This document shows positions 10,695 through 20,327 of a DNA stretch of 64,000 nucleotides, piece after piece. The stretch comes from an uncultured Clostridia bacterium (GTDB taxonomy: Bacteria > Bacillota > Clostridia > Oscillospirales > Oscillospiraceae). Every line of letters starts with the position of its first letter. Position 1 is the first letter of the stretch. The DNA lies in assembly GCA_945864305.1 (NCBI GenBank), contig CAMBAJ010000002.1:1091-65090 (forward strand), in the 5' to 3' direction. The notes under the pieces are model-generated. The model saw only the letters and a program-made list of their open reading frames with translations. It did not search any database and was not told where the DNA came from. Position numbers and translations under genes: made by a program.

Positions 10695-11790
10695 CCTTGA
10701 AGTCGTCGGCGCTCACGTCCACGGCCCGGCCGGCCGCCTTGGCGGCGATGCGGGCCTGATTGCTCATCAGCTTGTCAAAGTTCTTGCGAATGTCCGCCTC
10801 CAACTGGGCGGCGATCTCCGGGTTGTCCTCCAGATACTTCTTGGCGGCGTCCCGGCCCTGACCGATGCGGGTCTCGCCCATGGAGAACCAGGAGCCGGCC
10901 TTCTGGACCAGGTCCAGCTTCACGCCCAGATCCACCAGCTCGCCGGTGCGGGCGATGCCCTGGCCGTACATGATGTCGAACTCCGCCTCCCGGAAGGGGG
11001 GCGCCACTTTGTTTTTGACCACTTTCGCCCGAGTTCGGCTGCCCACGATCTCTGTGCCGTTCTTCAGGGCCTCGATGCGGCGCACCTCGATGCGGACGGA
11101 GGAGTAAAACTTCAGGGCCCGGCCGCCGGTGGTGACCTCCGGGTTGCCGTACATGACGCCCACCTTCTCACGCAGCTGGTTGATGAAGATGACGATGGTA
11201 TTGGTCTTGCCGATGGCGCCAGTGAGCTTCCGCAGGGCCTGGCTCATCAGGCGGGCCTGGAGGCCCACATAGCTGTCGCCCATCTCGCCCTCGATCTCGG
11301 CCCGGGGCACCAGGGCGGCCACGGAGTCCACCACGATGACGTCAATAGCACCGGAGCGGACCAGAGCCTCGGTGATCTCCAAGGCCTGCTCGCCGGTGTC
11401 CGGCTGGGAGATCAGCATGTCCTCCACCTTCACGCCCAGAGCCCGGGCATAGGTGGGGTCCAGGGCGTGCTCGGCGTCCACGAAGGCCACCTCGCCGCCC
11501 CGCTTCTGGGCCTCAGCCACCACATGGAGGGCCAGGGTGGTCTTACCGGAGGACTCGGGTCCGTAGATCTCCACGATACGACCCTTGGGCAGGCCGCCGA
11601 TGCCCAGCGCCACGTCCAGGGCCAGGGAGCCGGTGGGGATGAAGTCCACATTCAGGTCCGCCTTGTCGCCGAAGCGCATGATGGAGCCCTTGCCGTACAT
11701 CTTCTCGATCTGGGCCATTGCGGTGTCGATGGCCCGCTTTTTATCGTCCGCCGGTGCCGCCGTGGGCAGGGGTCCCTTGTCTCTTGCCAT
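10684..11790 (-). CDS. recA: recombinase A
   Basis: [23 protein letters not shown] and [12 protein letters not shown]. Confidence 0.99.
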   Translation of the reverse strand: MARDKGPLPTAAPADDKKRAIDTAMAQIEKMYGKGSIMRFGDKADLNVDFIPTGSLALDVALGIGGLPKGRIVEIYGPESSGKTTLALHVVAEAQKRGGEVAFVDAEHALDPTYARALGVKVEDMLISQPDTGEQALEITEALVRSGAIDVIVVDSVAALVPRAEIEGEMGDSYVGLQARLMSQALRKLTGAIGKTNTIVIFINQLREKVGVMYGNPEVTTGGRALKFYSSVRIEVRRIEALKNGTEIVGSRTRAKVVKNKVAPPFREAEFDIMYGQGIARTGELVDLGVKLDLVQKAGSWFSMGETRIGQGRDAAKKYLEDNPEIAAQLEADIRKNFDKLMSNQARIAAKAAGRAVDVSADDFKDED

Positions 11791-11831
11791 ATGTTCGTCC
11801 TCCTAAAATCTCTATATCATATGTTAAATGT

Positions 11832-12108
11832 TCAAATTTCCGTGCACAGGGTGCCGAATACCACTCTCGGGATGCCGTGCAGGATTCCCACCGCGGGACC
11901 GCGGCGGGAGCCCTTTCTATTTCACTCAATTGGGCGGGCAAAGCTCGCCCAATTCAAGGTTTTGCTCCGCAAAACGCTTGCCGCGCTTCCAGCGCGCCCC
12001 GCTCTGCGGGGCCCCAGACCTGCACGGTCAGGCCTCTATCATAATGGGAGACTTCCTCAAATTTCCGTACACAGGGTGCCGAACACCACTCTCGGGATGC
12101 CGTGCAGG
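11832..12108. repeat. 52-bp direct repeat (11832-11883, 12057-12108; 50/52 identical) flanking a 173-bp multi-hairpin insert
   Basis: Both copies read as the prmC 3' end (LHGIPRVVFGTLCTEI*); the insert contains several GC-rich stem-loops. Confidence 0.9.
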
Positions 12109-12923
12109 TCCTTGACCACCTGGATGTCCCCAAAGCCCTGGGCCCGCATGATGCGCAGCACGCTGTCCGCCTGGCCAATGCCGACCTCGAAGTACAGACG
12201 CCCGCCTGGGGTCAGGGCATCCCGCCACTTCTCGGAGATGGCGCGGTAGAAGTCCAGGCCGTCCTCGCCGCCGTCCAGGGCAAGATGGGGCTCGTAGTCC
12301 CTGACCGAGTTGTCCAGGCCGTCGATGTCCGCCCGGGGGATGTAGGGCGGGTTGCAGACAATGCACTGGAAGTCCCCCAGGGATTTTTCCGGCTTCTCCC
12401 GGGCGTCCGCCTGCATGGGCACCACCCGGCCGGAAAGGCCGTTGCGCCGGATGTTCTGCCGGCAGATCTTCAAGGCCCCGTCGGACCACTCTCCCAGCAC
12501 CACCCGGCTCTGGGGGGCCTGGGCCGCCACGGCCAGACCGATGCAGCCGCTGCCGGCGCACAGGTCCAGCACCCGGCACTCCCCCAGGGTCTTGATGTAG
12601 CCGATGGCCTGTTCCGTCAGGACCTCCGTGTCCGGCCGGGGGATCAGCACATCCCGGGAGATATCCAGGGGCAGGCCGTAAAACTCCCACTCGCCGATCA
12701 GGTACGCCACCGGCTCACCGGCCAGGTGCCGGTCCACCAAGTCCCTGACCCGGCGCTCCAGCTCCGGCGAGGCATACAATCCGCCATCCCGGGTCAACTC
12801 GTCCCGGCTTTTGCCGGTGCCGAAGCAGACCAGCTCCCGGGCCTCCAGTGTAGCCGCCTCGATGCCTGCTTTTCGCAATTGCTGGCGAATATCTAAATAC
12901 AAATTGTTGTATGTGATAGCCAT
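12057..12923 (-). CDS. prmC: release factor glutamine methyltransferase
   Basis: EPVAYLIG, LIPRPDTE, DLCAGSGCI and NPPY motifs. Confidence 0.93.
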   Translation of the reverse strand: MAITYNNLYLDIRQQLRKAGIEAATLEARELVCFGTGKSRDELTRDGGLYASPELERRVRDLVDRHLAGEPVAYLIGEWEFYGLPLDISRDVLIPRPDTEVLTEQAIGYIKTLGECRVLDLCAGSGCIGLAVAAQAPQSRVVLGEWSDGALKICRQNIRRNGLSGRVVPMQADAREKPEKSLGDFQCIVCNPPYIPRADIDGLDNSVRDYEPHLALDGGEDGLDFYRAISEKWRDALTPGGRLYFEVGIGQADSVLRIMRAQGFGDIQVVKDLHGIPRVVFGTLCTEI

Positions 12924-12943
12924 ATTACACCTCGTAATTGATT

Positions 12944-13915
12944 TTACCAGGTATCTTTGCCCTTTTCCTCCGGAATGACCAGCTCCAAAGAGCGGATGGC
13001 GCACTCGATCATGCTGTCGTCCGGCTCGTTAGTGGTAAAGTTCTGCATCCACATGCCGGGGGCCGTCAGAAGCTTGGCCAGTCGGTTCTCCTGGACATGG
13101 CGGCCCACCCAGCGGTTGAACTCATAGGTGATGCCCACCACCAGCGGCAGCAGCAGCAGATGGGCGATGGTCCGCAGCCAGACATTGGTAATGGGCCAGA
13201 TGCCGAACACTACGCTGGACAGGAGAATGGACACGAAGATCACCACAAACAGAAAGCTGGTGCCGCACCGGGGATGGTGCCGGGGCTGAACGCGGACGTT
13301 CTCCACCGTCAGCGGCAGACCTGCCTCATAGCAGAAAATGGTCTTATGCTCCGCTCCGTGGTACTGGAACACCCGGTAGATGTCCTTCTGCTTGGAGCAG
13401 AAGATCAGATACAGCATGAAAATGGCGATTTTCAGGATGCCTTCCACCAGATTGCGGCCCCACATGGGAAAGCCCGGGAAAAAATGCAGGATGCCGCCGG
13501 TGATGAAGGTGGGCAGCACCATGAACAAGAACACGGACAATCCCACGCCCAGCACCACCGCCAGGGCGACGATGGCGCTCTCCAGCTTTTTGCTGCTCAG
13601 GTGCTTTTCCAGCCACAGCTCAAACTTGGAGGGCTGGGATACTTCCTCCTCCGGGTAAAAATCCGCGGAGTACATCAGCGCCTTCACGCCGTTCACCATG
13701 GAGTCCAGGAAATTCACGGTGCCCCGGATCAGGGGGACTCCCAGGATCGGATAGCGGTCCTTGATGAATTTCAACTTCTCTGTCTTTTCCACCAGGTTGC
13801 CCTCCTGGTCCCGGACCACGATGGCCTGTTTCTCCGGTCCGCGCATCAGGATGCCCTCGATGAGCGCCTGTCCGCCGATGCTGGTGCGGAAGGCGCAGGA
13901 TTTTTTCTCTGCCAT
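12944..13915 (-). CDS. DUF1385 membrane protein
   Basis: IGGQALIEGILMRGP, YHGAEHKTI and HPRCGTSF motifs; usual neighbour of prmC. Confidence 0.88.
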   Translation of the reverse strand: MAEKKSCAFRTSIGGQALIEGILMRGPEKQAIVVRDQEGNLVEKTEKLKFIKDRYPILGVPLIRGTVNFLDSMVNGVKALMYSADFYPEEEVSQPSKFELWLEKHLSSKKLESAIVALAVVLGVGLSVFLFMVLPTFITGGILHFFPGFPMWGRNLVEGILKIAIFMLYLIFCSKQKDIYRVFQYHGAEHKTIFCYEAGLPLTVENVRVQPRHHPRCGTSFLFVVIFVSILLSSVVFGIWPITNVWLRTIAHLLLLPLVVGITYEFNRWVGRHVQENRLAKLLTAPGMWMQNFTTNEPDDSMIECAIRSLELVIPEEKGKDTW

Positions 13916-13940
13916 TGAAATTGGAGTTCCTTTCTGTCTC

Positions 13941-13980
13941 AGTGTATCATACGGATTCGCAAAAATCAAACATTTGTTCT
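13941..13980 (-). promoter_or_regulatory. sigma-A promoter overlapped by a LexA (Cheo)-like box
   Basis: Minus strand TTGATT-N17-TACACT with extended TG; AGAACAAATGTTTG (13967-13980) resembles GAAC-N4-GTTC. Confidence 0.6.
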
Positions 13981-13988
13981 TTCTTTTC

Positions 13989-15437
13989 TCACTCGCGCTC
14001 CGGCAGGCGGATCGTCACCTCAGTCCCGCCGCCGTCGGCGTTCTCAATGGTGAACGTGCCGTTGTGGAGGTTGATGATCTCGTCGCACACCGCCAGGCCG
14101 ATGCCGCTGCCCCGGGCCTTGGAGGAGCCCTTGTAGAATTTCTGCTTTACGAAGGGCAGTTCCTCCGCCGGGATGCCGGGGCCGAAGTCCCGGATGCGGA
14201 TCACCTGATAGCTGCCCTCCCGGGCGATGGACGTCATGATGCGCTTGCCGCTTCCGCCGTGCTTGGCGGCGTTGTCCAGCACGTTGCAGAACACCTGCTT
14301 CAGCCGCTCCGGATCGCCGGAGATCGGTGCCAGTTCCTCGCCGCCGTCGTCGTATTCCAGCCGGATGCCCTCCTGCCGGAACAGCTGCTGATAGGTGAAA
14401 ATGGCGTCCTCGAACTCCGCCTGCAGGTCCACTTGCTCGATGCGGAGGGTGAACCGGCCGTCCTCCATCTTAGAGAACTCCAGCAACTCCTCCACCATGG
14501 TGGACAGGCGGCGGGACTCGTTCAGAATGATGCGGATGCCCCGGCGCATCTGCACCGGGTCGCCGGTGGGGTCCTCCAGGATCGTCTCTCCCCAGCCGTT
14601 GATGGCGGTCAGGGGCGTGCGCAGCTCATGGGAGACCGAGGAGATAAATTCGCTCTTCATCTTCTCGTTCTGGCTGATCTTCAGGGACATGTCGTTGATG
14701 TTGTCCACCAGTTCTCCCAGCTCGTCCGTGTACTTGTTCTCCAGCTGGAAGCCATAGCTGCCGGCGGAGATGCGCTTGGCCGCCTCCGTCACCACCGCCA
14801 CCGGCTCCACCACATTGTTGATGAACAGCAGGTTGGAGATGATGACCAGCGCCATGCACAGCGCGGCGATCAGGGCGATGGCGATGACCGCCATCAGAAC
14901 CTGCCGGTTCACCAGCCGCAGAGAGGTCACCAGCCGTAGGACGCCCCGGACCTTTCCGTTGGAGACCAGCGGGTGGGATACCGCCATGATTATCTCTCCC
15001 GTCTCCGGGTCCTTGCCCTGAAACGACCACATTTTGTTCTGGGAAATAGCCTGGGTGATATCCTCCGTTCCAGGAGCGGTGCCCGCGGTCAGGCCGGAGG
15101 TAGAGACCATGATGCGGCCGCTGTTGCTGTACAGGAACTGCAGCTCGATCCGGTCCTTGTCCGCATAGTCGCTGGCGGCCTGGACCGCCTTCTGGTAGTA
15201 GCTGTCAAAGCCGTTGTCCATGAAGTAGTCATTGAAGGCACCCGCCTGGGCCTGGGCCTGCTTTTCCAGGCCGTCCCGCATGGAATTGAAATAGTAGTTG
15301 GAAATGCCTACGGAAAAAAGAACCACCACCAGGATCAGCAGCACCAGTACCGGCAGTACCGTGTTGAAAATCCAGCGCTGGCGAAGGCCCCGCAGACGAA
15401 GGGCCTTGCGCCTTGCATTCTTCTCTTCTTCCGCCAT
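13989..15437 (-). CDS. HAMP sensor histidine kinase
   Basis: Two TM helices, SHELRTPLT H-box, NAAKH, DFGPGI and GSGIGL. Confidence 0.93.
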   Translation of the reverse strand: MAEEEKNARRKALRLRGLRQRWIFNTVLPVLVLLILVVVLFSVGISNYYFNSMRDGLEKQAQAQAGAFNDYFMDNGFDSYYQKAVQAASDYADKDRIELQFLYSNSGRIMVSTSGLTAGTAPGTEDITQAISQNKMWSFQGKDPETGEIIMAVSHPLVSNGKVRGVLRLVTSLRLVNRQVLMAVIAIALIAALCMALVIISNLLFINNVVEPVAVVTEAAKRISAGSYGFQLENKYTDELGELVDNINDMSLKISQNEKMKSEFISSVSHELRTPLTAINGWGETILEDPTGDPVQMRRGIRIILNESRRLSTMVEELLEFSKMEDGRFTLRIEQVDLQAEFEDAIFTYQQLFRQEGIRLEYDDGGEELAPISGDPERLKQVFCNVLDNAAKHGGSGKRIMTSIAREGSYQVIRIRDFGPGIPAEELPFVKQKFYKGSSKARGSGIGLAVCDEIINLHNGTFTIENADGGGTEVTIRLPERE

Positions 15438-15517
15438 GGGACGTCCTCCTTTCGCAGGTCTCTCCCCCTCGCTTCATCCGACGCAGCCGGAGAGCGGGAG
15501 GTGTCCGGGGTCTTTCC

Positions 15518-16204
15518 TCAAAGTCCCCACTTGTAACCGTATCCCCACACTGTGGTGATATAGGTGGGATTCTGCACGTTGTCCTCGATCTTCAGCCGCA
15601 GACGGCGGATGTTCACATCCACGATCTTCAGCTCCCCGAAGTAATCCCGTCCCCAGACCATGTCCAGAATCTCCTCCCGGGACAGGGCCTTGCCGGGGTT
15701 CTCCATGAACACCTTCATGATGGAGTACTCCACCTGTGTCAGCTTGATCCGCTGTCCGTTCTTCTCCAGTGTCCGGTTGCGGGTGTTCAGCAGGAACGGA
15801 GGCTGATGGATTTCCCCCGTCTGGACGGGGTCCTCGCCGCCAGCGCGGCGGAACAGGGCGTCCACCCGGGCCGTCAACTCCGCCGGAGAGAAGGGCTTGG
15901 TCACATAGTCGTCGGCGCCGGTCATCAGGCCCGTCACCTTGTCCATCTCCTGGGACCGGGCGGTCAGCATGATGATGCCGATCTTCGTATTGGTGGCCCG
16001 AATGCGGCGGCACACTTCAAAGCCGTCGATTCCCGGCAGCATGATATCCAGCAGTGCCACCTTGGTGTTGGGGTTTTCCTTCAGGCGCTCCAGCGCCTCC
16101 TCGCCGCTCTCGGCCTCGATGACGTCATAGCCGGCGCGGCGCAGATTGATCACGATAAAGCTGCGGATACTGGACTCGTCCTCCAAAACCAGTACTTTTT
16201 TCAT
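15518..16204 (-). CDS. OmpR/PhoB family response regulator
   Basis: LLDIMLPGIDG, GADDYVTKPF and TVWGYGY. Confidence 0.95.
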   Translation of the reverse strand: MKKVLVLEDESSIRSFIVINLRRAGYDVIEAESGEEALERLKENPNTKVALLDIMLPGIDGFEVCRRIRATNTKIGIIMLTARSQEMDKVTGLMTGADDYVTKPFSPAELTARVDALFRRAGGEDPVQTGEIHQPPFLLNTRNRTLEKNGQRIKLTQVEYSIMKVFMENPGKALSREEILDMVWGRDYFGELKIVDVNIRRLRLKIEDNVQNPTYITTVWGYGYKWGL

Positions 16205-16242
16205 GGTATGCGTCCTTTCCTGCATCATACATGTTCATTGTC

Positions 16243-17613
16243 TTAGTTGTCTCCCGAGACCCATTCGGTGTCGATCAAATTGAACGCCGCGCAGACCTCG
16301 TCCTCCGTGATCCGGTATTGCCAGGATTCATTGCCCTCCAGCAGCTCCGCCACGTAGATGGTCTCCTCCCAGCGTTTCAGGCTGAACCGGTTTCCACGAA
16401 CCGCACGGTTTTCCCGGTCGCTGCCGGTGATGGCCGTGATCCGCAGGACCGCCTCCACCGGCTCGCCGCTCTCGCTTCTGGCATAGAATGTCACGGAAAT
16501 CTCTCCCGGTGCCGCGTTGCGGCTTACCAGAATATGATCTCCCCAGTTCTCCGGAAGCCGCAGATACCAGCCGTCCTCAATGGCGTGATACGTGCTCAGC
16601 ACCGTCTCCGCCTGTCCATTAATGTCATAGGCCCGCCACTCGATTCGCTGATAGGAGCCCTCCTCGTCATCCCATGTAGGAAGCGGTACCGGCCAGGGCA
16701 CCTCCGTAACACCGTCGCCATTGATGTCCGTGGGGAAGAGAGCGCGGAACAGCGTAATCTCTGTAGAGACGCCCGTCACAGCCGAGAGCACAACGTTAGT
16801 GAATTCCTTATCCTTCATGACCAGGATATCCGTGATGGCCCGGGCGGACTCTCCCACTCCGGTGACGAACAGCGCCGGTGTGCCGTCCTGCAGTGCGCCG
16901 GATACCACACGGCCCTGCTGGCCGCTGAGCTCCGCCATGTTCATGGAGATGCGGGCGGAGCTCTCCACCGCCAGACCGCCGGCTCGCCAGCTGTAATAGT
17001 CGGCGACCCCGTTGCCTTCGCTGTCGGCGTGAAGCACCACCAGTTCCTTGCGCTGGTCCTGGTTCAGGTCCGCCGCTCGGTACTTGACATAGTCGGTTCC
17101 CCGGATCAGCTCCTCCGTTCCGGAGGGCCGCAGGGCGTAGACGGACAGTGCCTGCTGCTCTGTGGTAACCTTCCAGCCCACCAGCAGCTCGATCAGGCCG
17201 TCTCCGTCCAGATCGCTGTATTCGATGCTGTAAATGGAGGTTCCGCTGCCCTCGATGACGGTGGACTGCTCATAGCTGTCACCATCGGCAGTGAAAATAT
17301 AGATTTTCAACGGCTTTTCATCGGCGGAATTTCGGAAAAAAGCCAGCGCCTCGTCGTTTCCGTCCCCGTTCAGATCCAACATCTGGACTGTCTGAATGTT
17401 GGTGCCAGAGGTCGGAGCCGCGAATTCGGCGCCGCCCTCCACGATCTGATTCAGCAGATTGTTCAGTTCGGTATATTTTGTAGGCAGTTTGGGAAGGCTG
17501 TACAGGTCATGTGGATTCAGCGTCACCTTGGGCAGCCCGGAACAGCCGGTCCCCAGCAGTACCAATAATAGCAGCATTCCCAGCAGGAAAATTCTTTGCA
17601 GCCTCCGCTTCAC
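16243..17613 (-). CDS. lipoprotein with FG-GAP/VCBS-like Ca-binding repeats
   Basis: Lipobox LGTGC; DLNGDG, DLDGDG, DLNQDQ and DINGDG repeats; GTG start with AGGAGG RBS. Confidence 0.7.
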   Translation of the reverse strand: MKRRLQRIFLLGMLLLLVLLGTGCSGLPKVTLNPHDLYSLPKLPTKYTELNNLLNQIVEGGAEFAAPTSGTNIQTVQMLDLNGDGNDEALAFFRNSADEKPLKIYIFTADGDSYEQSTVIEGSGTSIYSIEYSDLDGDGLIELLVGWKVTTEQQALSVYALRPSGTEELIRGTDYVKYRAADLNQDQRKELVVLHADSEGNGVADYYSWRAGGLAVESSARISMNMAELSGQQGRVVSGALQDGTPALFVTGVGESARAITDILVMKDKEFTNVVLSAVTGVSTEITLFRALFPTDINGDGVTEVPWPVPLPTWDDEEGSYQRIEWRAYDINGQAETVLSTYHAIEDGWYLRLPENWGDHILVSRNAAPGEISVTFYARSESGEPVEAVLRITAITGSDRENRAVRGNRFSLKRWEETIYVAELLEGNESWQYRITEDEVCAAFNLIDTEWVSGDN

Positions 17614-17832
17614 AGTCCCCGCCTCCTTCCTGGCATCTCCGCATCCGCAGGTCTGGCTGATGCGCATTGCGCATATGCGCATATTTTAACTGATATATGA
17701 TAGCACGTTTTCCCCCGTTTGTGTAGTCTTTCTTCCGATTTTCCATTGTTTTTAACGGTCTGTTCATTTTTCGGTGCGCGCAGTCACCTTTACCATCTGT
17801 GGTACAATTTTCCGCAAGTTTTAAATCCCCTC

Positions 17833-17861
17833 TTGAATTTCTGATTTGCATCTTGTATAAT
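17833..17861 (+). promoter_or_regulatory. sigma-A promoter of tRNA-Leu
   Basis: TTGAAT-N17-TATAAT. Confidence 0.75.
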
Positions 17862-17876
17862 AAACAGGCATTCGAT

Positions 17877-17963
17877 GCCGGTGTGATGGAATTGGTAGAC
17901 GTGACGGACTCAAAATCCGTTGGTAGCGATACCGTGTGGGTTCGAGTCCCACCACCGGCACCA
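17877..17963 (+). tRNA. tRNA-Leu(CAA)
   Basis: Cloverleaf GCCGGTG...CACCGGCACCA; anticodon loop CT-CAA-AA; long variable arm; GGTTCGAGTCC T-loop. Confidence 0.97.
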
Positions 17964-18117
17964 GCTCAGAAAAAGCCCTGAGGCGATGAAAAGGCCTTGG
18001 GGCCTTTTCATACGCCGGACGTGCTTTTTCTTCGCTCCCGGCCGCGATTCGCTCCGCTGGATTCGCGCCCGGCCAGCCAAGGCGGCACGGAGCCGCGTTT
18101 TTACCGCATGGGTGCAG

Positions 18118-18154
18118 AAAAAAGAGACAGGCACCGCCTGTCTCTTTCTTTTTC
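18118..18154 (+). terminator. terminator downstream of the tRNA
   Basis: AAAGAGACAGGC-acc-GCCTGTCTCTTT plus U-tract. Confidence 0.8.
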
Positions 18155-18202
18155 ATACGTTCCTCTTTTTAACCTTCCCATCGGTCACGCAAGGAGGCTT
18201 TT

Positions 18203-19030
18203 ATGCCCAACATCATTGAGATAGCTGACACATCCCTGCCCCAACTGGATGTCTTTGCCCGCCTGACAGAGGGGCAGCTGCGCTCCCGCCTGGAGCCGGA
18301 AAAGGGCATCTTCATCGCCGAGAGTCCCAAGGTGATTGAGCGTGCACTGGACGCCGGATATGAGCCGGTCTCCCTTCTGATGGAGCGCAAACACATCAGC
18401 GGGCAGGGCCGTGACATTATCGCCCGCTGCGGAGACATCCCCGTCTATACCGCGGACCGGGAGGTGCTGGCGGGGCTGACCGGCTACCAGCTGACCCGGG
18501 GCGTACTGTGCGCCATGCGCCGGCCCCCTCTGCCCAGTGTCGAAGCCGTGTGCGCCAACGCACGCCGCGTGGCGGTCCTGGAGGGCATCGTGGATTCCAC
18601 CAACATCGGCGCCATTTTCCGCTCGGCCGCGGCACTGAACATGGACGCTGTGCTGGTCACTCCCACCTGCGGCGACCCGCTGTACCGCCGGGCGGTGCGG
18701 GTCAGTATGGGCACGGTTTTCCAGATTCCATGGACCCGCATCGGCAGCGGCGTATCCGAATGGCCGCAGCGGGGCATCCAGCGGCTGCGGGAGCTGGGCT
18801 TCAAAACCGCCGCCATGGCCTTGAGTGATACCGCCATCAGCATTGAGGAGCCATGCCTGATTGCAGAGAAGAAGCTGGCCATCGTCCTGGGCACGGAGGG
18901 CGACGGTCTGGTGCCCCGGACGATTGCCGATTGTGACTACACGGTGCGCATCCCCATGTCCCACGGCGTGGATTCCCTGAATGTGGCGGCGGCCAGTGCG
19001 ATGGCCTTCTGGCAGCTCCGGGTCCGGTGA
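18203..19030 (+). CDS. TrmH/SpoU family RNA methyltransferase
   Basis: NIGAIFRSAAA, LGTEGDGL and IPMSHGVDSLNVA. Confidence 0.92.
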   Translation: MPNIIEIADTSLPQLDVFARLTEGQLRSRLEPEKGIFIAESPKVIERALDAGYEPVSLLMERKHISGQGRDIIARCGDIPVYTADREVLAGLTGYQLTRGVLCAMRRPPLPSVEAVCANARRVAVLEGIVDSTNIGAIFRSAAALNMDAVLVTPTCGDPLYRRAVRVSMGTVFQIPWTRIGSGVSEWPQRGIQRLRELGFKTAAMALSDTAISIEEPCLIAEKKLAIVLGTEGDGLVPRTIADCDYTVRIPMSHGVDSLNVAAASAMAFWQLRVR

Positions 19031-19076
19031 TCTTTCGGTCCCTGGACCGTCCCCCGCGGATACGATGTATTTCAAA

Positions 19077-19112
19077 AACAGGACCCCGCCCGAAATCAGG
19101 CAGGGTCCTGTT
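19077..19112. terminator. bidirectional terminator closing the phage-like cluster
   Basis: AACAGGACCC...GGGTCCTGTT hairpin between convergent genes. Confidence 0.75.
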
Positions 19113-19118
19113 ATCTAT

Positions 19119-19808
19119 TTACAGATAAAGTCCGAAGCGCTCCAGTAGCCGCACTGTAAACGTCAACGTCCGGACCTGCTCATGGGTCAGGCTGATGACA
19201 TCTCCATTCCCCTCCGGGTCAGACCCGTCGCCCTGGATCACGCCGATATCCATCAGCTTCTCGATGGTCGGTCTAAACTTCTCGGGTATGTCTTTCAGTC
19301 TTTCATATGTCACAGACTTGCTCACCTCCCTGTATGCAGGCCGGTACGCACCGACGGCCAGCCGCTTCTCCCGCACCCGCTGCTGGACCTGTCCGCCGTT
19401 GGCGTCGCTGTCCTGCCCCGTGTTTCCCTCAATGGTCTCCAGAGAGCCGTCGCTCCGGACCTGGCTTACAAGGCCGATGTGCTGCGGGCCGCCGCTGCTC
19501 TGGAACCGCAGGAGCACCAGATCGCCGGGGCGGTACTCCTCTGTCACAAACTGGCTGTGCTTTTTGGCGTAGTCCATGACCACGCCGCTGCTGGCCGTCT
19601 TCTGTCCGCCGCAGAAGAGTTCAGCGGCGCCCAGCTTCCAGAACAGCCACCAGATAAAGGTCACGCACCACGGATACGCCGCGCCGGAGACCTCCCGTCC
19701 GTAAAACGCAGTGTTGTACTTCACCCGGTTGCTGTTTTGCGGCTGTTCCTTTGTCCCGATCTCCGCCCGGGCCGCCGCCAGCAGCTCGTCAGCCGTGATC
19801 TGTGCCAT
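19119..19808 (-). CDS. CHAP-domain endolysin with SLH-like C-terminus
   Basis: YPWCVTF (Cys), HIGLV (His) and TIEGNT motifs; follows holin-like genes. Confidence 0.85.
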   Translation of the reverse strand: MAQITADELLAAARAEIGTKEQPQNSNRVKYNTAFYGREVSGAAYPWCVTFIWWLFWKLGAAELFCGGQKTASSGVVMDYAKKHSQFVTEEYRPGDLVLLRFQSSGGPQHIGLVSQVRSDGSLETIEGNTGQDSDANGGQVQQRVREKRLAVGAYRPAYREVSKSVTYERLKDIPEKFRPTIEKLMDIGVIQGDGSDPEGNGDVISLTHEQVRTLTFTVRLLERFGLYL

Positions 19809-20007
19809 TTGTCGCATCCAGGGTCTCCTGCATTTTCTGGCTCTGGGTGCCGAAATAAAATGCAATAATGACCGCGTAAATCGTCATAAAATCCTGGGAG
19901 ATTTTTGTACAGCAGGCCATATAGGCGAACACGCCAGTCAGTGCCAGCGTCACCAGCGCTTTGACGGACAGCAGATTCGCCGCTCGCTTGATCACTAATT
20001 CTCTCAT
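19789..20007 (-). CDS. holin-like small membrane protein
   Basis: 72 aa, two TM helices, IIAFYFGTQ C-terminal motif; overlaps the endolysin start. Confidence 0.7.
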   Translation of the reverse strand: MRELVIKRAANLLSVKALVTLALTGVFAYMACCTKISQDFMTIYAVIIAFYFGTQSQKMQETLDATNGTDHG

Positions 20008-20015
20008 ATCTGTTC

Positions 20016-20327
20016 TCACAAATCCCCTTCCCCGTTGTTTTTCCACACCATAGCGGTATCATATGTGATGCCGCCCCTGGTATTCTCCTTACAGCTCTTT
20101 TGATAGTAGTGTCCCAGAACATAGCCGGTGGCCGCCTGCAGCGCACCGATCAGCGTCGTGAGATAGGGCAGTGCCCCGCTGAAATTCCGGCGGATCGCCA
20201 TCCAGCACAGTCCCAGGACGATATAGGTGGCGGACGCGTCCATGAAAAGCACACCTCCCGCGATCAGCTTACTGGCTGTCAGCCGCCTTGTTCTCTGTTC
20301 TGCGGAACTCCGCTGCTTGCCGTTCAC
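20016..20327 (-). CDS. small two-TM protein of the lysis cassette
   Basis: Two hydrophobic segments, KSCKENTRGGITYD tail; overlaps its upstream neighbour. Confidence 0.55.
   Translation of the reverse strand: MNGKQRSSAEQRTRRLTASKLIAGGVLFMDASATYIVLGLCWMAIRRNFSGALPYLTTLIGALQAATGYVLGHYYQKSCKENTRGGITYDTAMVWKNNGEGDL

Noticed and set aside
11832-12108. CRISPR array from the repeat-spacer-repeat patterns here and at 56770-57009
   Set aside because: Each has only two copies, the spacers are 162-173 bp, the repeats are a gene end or a terminator, and no cas genes are present.
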